A stretch of 32,000 nt of DNA from an uncultured Actinomycetes bacterium (GTDB lineage Bacteria; Actinomycetota; Actinomycetes; S36-B12; CAIYMF01), in contig CAWJMG010000003.1 of the NCBI GenBank assembly GCA_963843975.1, positions 2,430,001-2,462,000 of the forward strand. Direction: 5' to 3'. Under the pieces are notes generated by a model, which searched no databases, was not told the DNA's origin, and saw nothing but the letters and a program-made list of their open reading frames with translations. The position numbers and the translations under genes were made by a program. This document shows, piece after piece, positions 25,648-32,000 of this stretch. The number at the start of each line of letters is the position of its first letter. The stretch's first letter is position 1.

Positions 25648-26916
25648 TCAGTGGAAGGGGCGGCGGCGGTCGAGGCGCAGCGAGGCGCGGCCGGCAGTGC
25701 GCCAGGCGCGGGCGACCACGTCCTTGTCCTCGGGCGTGACGAGGTTGCCCATGACACGGAACGCGACGGCCATGATCATCGGGATGCGCATGCCGATCGG
25801 ACCCGACATCGCGAGCAGCCGCTCGTGCGTGATGAGGATGCCGAGCCGACGTGCGATGGAGAAGGCCTCGCCGTACTCCTCGTCGAGCACCGTGGCCCAG
25901 GACGTCGTGAGGTCGCGGCCCTGACCGCCGCTCACGAGGAGCTCGGCCGCGAGGCGGCCGGTCTCGAGGGCGTAGTCGATGCCCTCGCCGTTGAGCGGGT
26001 TGATGCAGCCGGCGGCGTCGCCGATCAGCATCCAGTTGGGGCCGGCGACGCCGCTGACGGCGCCGCCCATGGGCAGCGGAGCGGAGCCGTAGCCGGTGAG
26101 CTCGCCGAGCTGCCACTCGTCCTGGCGCTGGCGTGCGTACTCCTCGGTGAGCTTGCGCAGGTTGATGTTGGCCGGCCGCTTCTTGGTGGCGAGCGTGCCG
26201 GCGCCGATGTTGACCAGGCCGTTCCCGAGGGGGAAGACCCAGCCGTAGCCGCCCATCATGCGGCCGGTCTCGTCGCGCAGCTCGAGGTGGGAGGTGATCC
26301 ACGGGTCGTCGGCCATCGGGCTCGTCGCGTAGGCGCGCGACGCGACGCCGAACACCGTCTCCTGGTGCCACGTGCGGCCGAGAAGGCGGCCGAGGTGCGA
26401 CTTGCCGCCGTCGGCCACGATCACGTGGTTGGCCTCGACGCGGGTCGTGCCGGTGCTGCTGCGCAGGACCACGGCGGTGAGGCGACCGCCGGTGAGCTCG
26501 ACGTCGACCGCCTTGTGCCCGTCGAGCCCGACGGCCCCGGCGTCGAGGGCGGCCTCGCGGAGGCTGTTGTCGAGGACCGTGCGCGCGATGGCGGAGCCGT
26601 GCTTGGGGAGGTGAGGGCCGTTCCAGGGCAGCATCAGGCTCTTGCCGAAGCCGTGTCCGCGCAGACCCTTGTTGACCGGGCCGCCCTCGAGGATGTGGTC
26701 GAGCTTGAGCGTCTGCAGCTCGGCGACCGCGCGCGGCGTGAGGCCGTCGCCGCAGGCCTTGTCGCGCGGGAACTCCGCGCCGTCCACAAGAAGAACGTCG
26801 CGCCCGAGGCGCGCGAGGTGGATGGCGGCCGACGACCCACCCGGGCCGGCACCGACGACGAGGACGTCGGTGCGCAGGACGCGGTCGGTGCTTGCGGCGG
26901 AGTCGGAAGTGGTCAC
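25648..26916 (-). CDS. Geranylgeranyl reductase family FAD-dependent oxidoreductase (MenJ-like)
   Basis: 422 aa. FAD-binding DVLVVGAGPGGSSAAIHLARLGRDVLLVD, followed by FPRDKACGDGLTPRAV and MLIGDAAGCINPLNGEGI. Confidence 0.85.
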   Translation of the reverse strand: MTTSDSAASTDRVLRTDVLVVGAGPGGSSAAIHLARLGRDVLLVDGAEFPRDKACGDGLTPRAVAELQTLKLDHILEGGPVNKGLRGHGFGKSLMLPWNGPHLPKHGSAIARTVLDNSLREAALDAGAVGLDGHKAVDVELTGGRLTAVVLRSSTGTTRVEANHVIVADGGKSHLGRLLGRTWHQETVFGVASRAYATSPMADDPWITSHLELRDETGRMMGGYGWVFPLGNGLVNIGAGTLATKKRPANINLRKLTEEYARQRQDEWQLGELTGYGSAPLPMGGAVSGVAGPNWMLIGDAAGCINPLNGEGIDYALETGRLAAELLVSGGQGRDLTTSWATVLDEEYGEAFSIARRLGILITHERLLAMSGPIGMRIPMIMAVAFRVMGNLVTPEDKDVVARAWRTAGRASLRLDRRRPFH

Positions 26917-27076
26917 GGCGCTCTCATCGTGGCTGCGGCGTACCGCGGCGGAAGGTCAGGTGTGTCGAGCCCGACGGCACGAGCCTCGGACCCGTCAAGT
27001 ATCCGCGATCCCGCGGCACCCCGCTCCCCGGGGCGGTGTGACCTCCGCTGCCCCGGCGGCCGCGCGCCTGCGGCGT

Positions 27077-27901
27077 TCAGCCGGGTCGGACGCAGGTGTG
27101 CATGACCGTGCGGATCCGCCGCTCGGCGAGGTTGGCGACCTGGTTGGCCGCCATCTGCCCGAACGCCGAGCCGAGGAACGTCGCGAACGTGACGGGCGGG
27201 GCCCCGTCGCGCTCGATGCGGGCGCGCACTTGCTGGAACCAGACGAGGCTCTCGTCGGACGAGTCGACTTCCGAGACGACATCGAAGCCGGCCGCCGGGA
27301 GCAGCTCGCGCATGTCCTCCGGCGTCGCGAGGAAGCTCGTCGAGGCGTCGTTCGCCCACGGCACCGGGTAGTGGACGTCGCCACCCTCCCCCTGCAGCAC
27401 GTCATAGACGACGAACCTGCCGCCCGGGCGCAGCACGCGGAACGCCTCGGCGTACAGCGCAGGCTTGTCCGCGATGTTCATGGCCACGTGCACGGTCATC
27501 GCCGCATCCACCGACTGGTCGGGGAGTCCGGTGGCGGTGGCGTCGCCGACCTGGAAGGCCGTTCGGTCGGACAGGCCCGTCCACTCCGAGAGCGCGGTCG
27601 CGACCTCGCAGAACTCCGGCGTGAGATCGACGCCGGTGACGGTGCACCCGGTGAGCTCGACGAGGGTTCGCGCCGGCCCGCCCAACCCGCTGCCGAGATC
27701 GAGCACGTGCGAATCAGCCGTGAGGGAGAGCGCGTCGATGATCTCCACCGAGGCCGCCCGGCCCCGGATGTGGAACTCGTCGACGGGAGCGAGTTCGGCG
27801 GGTCGCAGTGCCGCGCGGTCCATGCCGGCTGCGTCCAACGCGGCGCTGATGGCCACCACCAGCCCGCCGGGGCCGCTGTAGAAGCGGGAGACGTCGTCCA
27901 T
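27077..27901 (-). CDS. Class I SAM-dependent methyltransferase (Methyltransf_11-like)
   Basis: 274 aa from the ATG at 27899-27901. Motif I HVLDLGSGLGGPARTL. Also TGVDLTPEF, VDAAMTVHVAMNI and LRPGGRFVVYD. The listed extension to 27997 is rejected. Confidence 0.8.
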   Translation of the reverse strand: MDDVSRFYSGPGGLVVAISAALDAAGMDRAALRPAELAPVDEFHIRGRAASVEIIDALSLTADSHVLDLGSGLGGPARTLVELTGCTVTGVDLTPEFCEVATALSEWTGLSDRTAFQVGDATATGLPDQSVDAAMTVHVAMNIADKPALYAEAFRVLRPGGRFVVYDVLQGEGGDVHYPVPWANDASTSFLATPEDMRELLPAAGFDVVSEVDSSDESLVWFQQVRARIERDGAPPVTFATFLGSAFGQMAANQVANLAERRIRTVMHTCVRPG

Positions 27902-28884
27902 GGGGGTGATGGTGGCATCGAGACGTCGGCCGCGTCGACGAGATCCGGGCCTGGGGCCAGGAAGGCGGCATGGCCCAGGAAGTAGGGTCACGGCCATGGG
28001 CGTAGTCCCGGGCCGTTGGGACCTCCGGGATTAGCCCATCACCTGGGGAATCGCCCAACTCGGAGGAACCCCCTCGCGGTCCGGTTGGAACGCCCAGCAC
28101 GCGCGCGTAGAACGCACACGCGGGTCACCGGCCGTGGTGGGACACCCGAATGGGGACATGGCATGCGGATCGCGAACCGCCTGTGAATGGTCAGCCACCC
28201 CCGACGTTCATCGTCTGCCGTTCTGCGGCGCGCGGCCAGACGCACATTGCACCCCAGAAGAAGTCCAGCTTGCCCGCCAGCCGAATCCACAAACGCCGCT
28301 TGAATATCTCGCTCCAGCAGTCCGCCGAATGGAACGACTAGCGTCGGCCCCGCTGACTGTGGTGCTCGTTGGCGCAGCGAGCGTGGTACCCGAACTCGGC
28401 ACCGCAAAGGGGGCGTCCCACCGAACCAGGACTCCGCGCGCGCTCCTCCCAAGGTTGAAATCCGATTCGACCCGTAACCCTGTTCTCTGTTCAGTTGTGC
28501 TTGCTCGTTGGCTCAGCTCCCAGTCACGTGCCCGCCCGGGAGCAGCGTGACGCGTTGAGGCCCGATGTCCCTATTCAGTTCTGGCTTGCTAGATGAGGGG
28601 AATCCGTATGCAACTCCTCCGCTCAGCGACAGTGCGGCCATGCTCCAGGGGCGCAATGAGGCCCAGCCAGGGCAGTCCGGCTCGGCTCGAAGTTCTGGCG
28701 TCACCGCGCGGGGGCCAGTGGGATGGAGGATTCGGCGTCACCGGGCACCTCAGGGCAGTCGGCCGCTAGCTCGTCGGCGGGGTCCTTCTCGCGATGATCG
28801 CGCTGGGCGCGCCGCGCCGTCGCGATCCGTAGTCACCCGCGGATCAGTGGGCAGCTGGCGGTCGTGTCACGCGTGCGGAGCGGG

Positions 28885-29310
28885 TCAGCTGGCCGGGGAC
28901 TCCGTGGCCCCCGCAGCGCACGAGACCTGCGTGCCGTGGACCTTTGACAGGACCTCGTCGATGGATCCACGGCCGCTGATGATCCAGTTCCGGCCGTAGA
29001 CGAACCAGCACGTGGCCAGCTGTGCTTGTTTCGCTGACGCGATCAAGCCGGGGAGCGCTGCTTGCGCGTCGGCGTCGTGGTCGTAGATGAGCTCGGAGAA
29101 CTGCTGGTCGGAGGGTCGCCCGGTCGGGCACCGGTAGGTGCCGAGGCGGGCACCGTTCTCGTCGTTGGATCCGCCGAGGAAGTCGCAGCTCCACGCGGAC
29201 ATGACGTCGGTGCCGTAGCTGACTGGTCCGGACGCGGTCGACGTGTCGGCGCCGCAGCCGCTGAGCAGTGCGACGACGGCGATGCCAAGCACGGCGATGC
29301 GCTTGAGCAT
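28885..29310 (-). CDS. Putative lipoprotein, function unknown
   Basis: 141 aa from the ATG at 29308-29310, with GGGGGA 4 nt upstream. Signal peptide plus lipobox MLKRIAVLGIAVVALLSGC. The mature part has 4 further Cys. No recognisable family. Confidence 0.6.
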   Translation of the reverse strand: MLKRIAVLGIAVVALLSGCGADTSTASGPVSYGTDVMSAWSCDFLGGSNDENGARLGTYRCPTGRPSDQQFSELIYDHDADAQAALPGLIASAKQAQLATCWFVYGRNWIISGRGSIDEVLSKVHGTQVSCAAGATESPAS

Positions 29311-29361
29311 GGTGTCCCCCAACCTGTGCGCGTTGACGGATGCTACCTGGCTGGGTGCCGT

Positions 29362-29593
29362 TCAGTGGGTGCCGACGGTCTCGAAGAGGTCGAGAGCGCG
29401 CAGCGCCTGGGTGGTGGTGCCGGGGAACGTCGGGGCGACGGCCGAGCACTCGACCCGCCGGTGGATGTTGGGTGCCAGGAGCGCGCCGAGCGCATGCTGC
29501 GGGTCGTCGGAGACCACCGATCGGGACCTGGTGGCGGGCGCGCCGGTTCATCAGGGTCTGCAGCGCGTGCCTGCCATTCGCGACTGGACGCAT
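29362..29593 (-). pseudogene. Possible frame-broken small ORF or gene remnant (~76 codons if repaired), function unknown
   Basis: An unlisted 51-codon ORF (GTG 29517 to TGA 29362-29364): VVSDDPQHALGALLAPNIHRRVECSAVAPTFPGTTTQALRALDLFETVGTH. A 25-codon ATG-initiated piece (29593) in another frame precedes it: MRPVANGRHALQTLMNRRARHQVPI. The span is 232 nt (3n+1). Removing one g at atcGGtgg joins the two pieces. Confidence 0.25.
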
Positions 29594-29652
29594 ACCACGC
29601 GGACCCGGGCTTCATGGGCGCGATTGCGCTCGACCGGGCAATGGTGCTGCGC

Positions 29653-29682
29653 CCGCAGCCCGCTGAGCCAAGCGGGCTGCGG
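29653..29682 (-). terminator. Perfect 11-bp stem hairpin 7 nt downstream of the orphan gene stop
   Basis: ccgcagcccgc (29653-29663), loop tgagccaa, gcgggctgcgg (29672-29682). The gene's stop codon is at 29689-29691. No U-tract. Confidence 0.5.
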
Positions 29683-29688
29683 AGAGGA

Positions 29689-31155
29689 TCAGCCCGACGA
29701 CTGCGGTCCGTCGAGCATCGGCGGCTTCTCCGGAAGCGTCATGCGCGCGAACGGCCTCACGACGGGGGCCCCGTCTCCTGCGGTCAACTCGACCCACACG
29801 CTGATAGCGGACGACAGGCCTCCCAACTCCGGAGGTGGTGTCGCAAGCCACTGGCGCAGCTTGCGGAGCTCCGTCTGATCCTTCGAATGCTGCTCCCGTT
29901 CATAGTTCTTGACCCGGAATCCGCTAGGTGCTGGCCTGTCAAGGCGCTGAGCTCGCAGCTCCACGTCCGGGCGGTCTCGCTCGTAGTAGGCGCGCGACCG
30001 AAGCGACCTGAGGTACATCCCAGTCCCGGCAGTCCGACCGACGCCGCGCGGGAGGTCGTCGCGCTCAACGCTGCGCGCGATGTCGGCCCAGTCGGTCACC
30101 ATCACGTCGAGCGCCGGGCCGTCCAGCAGTCGCGGTTCATCGTCGCCCCAGGCCTTCAGCCAGGGCTCGCTCACGAACTCAGCGTCGGCCCACCACCCAT
30201 CGGGGATGTCGCGTTGGCTGCTCGTGCGGTACGCCATGAGGAGGATGAGGTCGTGGCCTGCCGCGACCCGTTCGAACAGGCTGAGAGAGGGCAGTTTCGG
30301 TGCGGTGCTCGTCACGTACGGCTGCATCCGGGCCAGCGCCCCCCCGTCCTTGTAGTGCCGTAGCCCGTCGTGACCGGAGTACCGCGAGCTACCCATGTCG
30401 AACATGGCCGTGTAGAACGGGACGTCGAGGTAGCTGACGTCCACTGTCTTCTCGCGGAACGCCCCCGCGGCGGCCGCGGCCGCCGCGGCCGCCGTGAACA
30501 GGTCCTCCGCAGCAGCGCGGATGCGCTCACCCGGCTCGCCGAACAGCGCATCGTCGACGGCGAGGTGTCCCCACGCAGCAACGTCCGAGAGCAACAACCC
30601 GGTCAGTTCGCTCGAGGATCGGGGTCGCGCCCCCAGCGCGGCGACGACGACCGCGGGGCAGCGCCCTCCCGTCGCGTCGTCGGCCGCAAGCAGTGCTTGC
30701 GTCGCGAGGTCCGGAAGCCCGGCCGCTTGGCACAGGCTCGCGTCGAGCAGACCGGCGGTCGCGGCGTGCTCAGGCTCACCGGCCTTCCCGTACTTGACTG
30801 CGAGCCCGAGCTGCTCGTGCGCTGCGACAGCGTCCCCGAGGTGGAGCAGCGCAACCGCGCGCAGCAGGTAGGGCGCACCTCGGTACGGGTACGCGTCGAT
30901 GCTGCCGGACGCATCGCGTACCGCATCGTCGTACCACCCGTGCTCGAGCGCCGTCGCCGCGCGGCGACACAGCTCGTCACCAGCCGCCCAGGTCGGGTTC
31001 GTGAGCGTTGTGGCGATGAGAGACGCGGTCGCGTTCAGCTGTGCTAGCTGAGCTTCAACCCTGCTCAGGTCGACGACCACGGTCGTCGCCGACCCGCCAC
31101 CGAACGAACCCGCGAGCTGGTTCAACGCATGCGCTGAGAACCCACTGATCGTCAC
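29689..31155 (-). CDS. Hypothetical protein, 488 aa (510 aa from the listed start), no recognisable family
   Basis: Long ORF with a GC3 bias, but lower GC than the core genes. I prefer the GTG at 31153-31155 (gggg 6 nt upstream). The ATG at 31221 adds a stretch using rare codons (cga, aga, ttg, agt). The N-terminal half is helical and TPR-like (YRGAPYLLRAVALLHLGDAVAAHEQLGLAVKYG). It contains a 9-Ala run. The C-terminal ~250 aa have no motif I recognise. Confidence 0.6.
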   Translation of the reverse strand: MTISGFSAHALNQLAGSFGGGSATTVVVDLSRVEAQLAQLNATASLIATTLTNPTWAAGDELCRRAATALEHGWYDDAVRDASGSIDAYPYRGAPYLLRAVALLHLGDAVAAHEQLGLAVKYGKAGEPEHAATAGLLDASLCQAAGLPDLATQALLAADDATGGRCPAVVVAALGARPRSSSELTGLLLSDVAAWGHLAVDDALFGEPGERIRAAAEDLFTAAAAAAAAAGAFREKTVDVSYLDVPFYTAMFDMGSSRYSGHDGLRHYKDGGALARMQPYVTSTAPKLPSLSLFERVAAGHDLILLMAYRTSSQRDIPDGWWADAEFVSEPWLKAWGDDEPRLLDGPALDVMVTDWADIARSVERDDLPRGVGRTAGTGMYLRSLRSRAYYERDRPDVELRAQRLDRPAPSGFRVKNYEREQHSKDQTELRKLRQWLATPPPELGGLSSAISVWVELTAGDGAPVVRPFARMTLPEKPPMLDGPQSSG

Positions 31156-31399
31156 ATCTGCCCCGTTCCTCAAGTGCGACGATCTTGGCAGGCGTTCAGG
31201 ACGTTTCGAGGGCATTCGCACGCCGAGTTCGATCGCGCGGCGTAGCCGGGGCCGGAGCTCCCCGGGCCGGCGTTCACCATGTCCGGGTCAACGGCGTCGA
31301 TCCGCATGCGGGCAGAGCGTCCCGGAACTGGCGACCCACCATGACCGACCCGGCCACCGCCCACCCAGACGGCGCCCGTGAGTCTGTAGCGGTCTGTCG

Positions 31400-31416
31400 C
31401 CGCTGACAGTCAGCGG
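31400..31416. promoter_or_regulatory. Perfect 17-bp palindrome in the divergent region between the orphan gene and the terminal lipoprotein gene
   Basis: ccgctgac-a-gtcagcgg. It is preceded by the tandem near-repeat gtctgtagcg / gtctgtcgcc (31383-31402). Confidence 0.35.
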
Positions 31417-31479
31417 TTCCTCGATCTTGATCGGTAGCCTCGTCTCGGCAGAGGGGGCTGGAGTGTCCGGAATCGGTAG

Positions 31480-32000
31480 CTGGCACGCTGGGGATCCGCG
31501 TTGTGCGCGATCTCCCTGGTGCTGGCTGGGTGTACAAGCGCAACCGACCAGCCAAGCGCGTCGTCCACGCCGACGCTCTCCCCGGCAGTCGGCGGCACGG
31601 CCGAGTTGAATGGAGTAACGGTCAAGGTCCCACCGGACGCCGTGGCCTCGGCCACCACGATGGAACTGACCGATGGTGGATCACCCGAGGCGCCTGACGG
31701 TGTCACCCCGATCAGCAACCTGGTACGGGTCAACCTCAGCGGGGTGAAGCTCCAGAAGCCAGCAACCATCAGCTTCCCTCGACCGACGGGCACGGGCGAG
31801 GACCCACTCGTGGTGATGTGGGAAGACGGCCAAGGCGGCTGGATGGCACTGCCGACTCGGTCTTCATCGACCCGAGTGTCCGCCCAGACCGTCCACTTCT
31901 CGGGTGGATTCCTCGCTCGGATCGACGTCCAGGCGTGGGCGTCTTCACGCCTAGAAGACCTGAAGAACTACATCACAGGACGCTCGGATGTCGATCAGCC
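31480..32000 (+). CDS. Putative lipoprotein; the 3' end lies outside the window and the start is uncertain; not in the supplied ORF track
   Basis: The frame-1 ORF is open from just after a TAG (31477-31479) to the window end: LARWGSALCAISLVLAGCTSATDQPSASSTPTLSPAVGGTAELNGVTVKVPPDAV...WEDGQGGWMALP... Lipobox LVLAGC. GC3-rich. The only starts are CTG 31480, TTG 31501 and GTG 31519. The listed antisense ORF 31410-31793 is rejected in its favour. Confidence 0.6.
   Translation, partial: MARWGSALCAISLVLAGCTSATDQPSASSTPTLSPAVGGTAELNGVTVKVPPDAVASATTMELTDGGSPEAPDGVTPISNLVRVNLSGVKLQKPATISFPRPTGTGEDPLVVMWEDGQGGWMALPTRSSSTRVSAQTVHFSGGFLARIDVQAWASSRLEDLKNYITGRSDVDQ

Noticed and set aside
28015-28066. Interleaved 6-bp complementarities on the minus strand (cctccg...gttggg...cggagg...cccaac) plus a gattccccaggtgatggg segment faintly resembling the 3' half of SAM-I/IV riboswitches. 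The segment lies ~115-165 nt upstream of the SAM-dependent methyltransferase start.
   Set aside because: Six-bp matches within 50 nt are expected by chance at this GC content. I found no P1 partner (no upstream gcccatc) and no GGCAACC-type core. The resemblance is too superficial without a covariance-model score.
28039-28452. Minus-strand ORF with the fragment VVPFGGLLERDIQAAFVDSAGG, reminiscent of phage VRR-NUC-type nuclease N-termini, as a possible prophage relic.
   Set aside because: This is a single short resemblance inside an otherwise non-protein-like Arg-rich translation with no GC3 bias. It cannot be supported without a database hit.
28440-28480. tRNA, tmRNA or RNase P-like signal in the GC-poor gap, for example ggttgaaatccgattcgaccc resembling a T-arm. 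I also searched generally for CRISPR repeats.
   Set aside because: No 5-bp T-stem flanks a 7-nt TTCRANY loop, and there is no acceptor or anticodon stem arrangement. There is no tmRNA 3' end or RNase P GAGGAAAGTCC core. There are no regularly spaced repeats.
31410-31793. 127-aa minus-strand ORF near the window end, plus the short ORFs at 31170-31406.
   Set aside because: It is antisense to the much better supported lipoprotein ORF (lipobox, GC3 bias, continues to the window end). The short ORFs lie in the divergent intergenic region and lack coding bias.

Overview
High-GC actinobacterial-type chromosomal segment. My hand counts of coding blocks give about 68-72% GC. I support about 27 protein-coding genes and see no rRNA, tRNA, CRISPR array, transposase or integrase.

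Gene order, left to right:
- A + strand trio with touching or overlapping start and stop codons: GT1 glycosyltransferase (3' part), a maltokinase/glucosamine-kinase-like phosphotransferase, and a SIS-domain protein.
- A secreted malectin-metallophosphoesterase fusion.
- rocD (ornithine aminotransferase), divergent from a 7-TM PQ-loop/SWEET-like membrane protein.
- A 4-coumarate-CoA-ligase-family acyl-CoA synthetase, convergent with an MMPL transporter that is divergent from a MarR regulator.
- A PAS-GAF-HD-GYP protein, then pirin.
- A five-gene minus-strand operon with overlapping or abutting start and stop codons: GtrB-like GT2, two tandem paralogous GT-C-like membrane proteins, a SAM methyltransferase, and an MprF-type flippase-like protein.
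- zwf, a small His-rich DUF5302-like protein, kup, an ICL/PEP-mutase family protein, a geranylgeranyl-reductase family protein and a SAM methyltransferase.
- From about 27.9 kb to the window end, a GC-depressed region: a 0.98 kb stretch with no convincing ORF, two lipoproteins, a decayed small ORF and a 488-aa orphan protein.

Most interesting: the glycosylation operon (best candidate for an uncharacterised envelope-modification system), the GC-poor orphan region, and the 7-TM SWEET-like protein.

Caveat: four genes show single-base frame breaks, two at CCC/GGG runs and two at positions I cannot pin down. These may be assembly indels rather than biology. Most other long ORFs in the track are antisense or N-terminal-extension artefacts of high GC.
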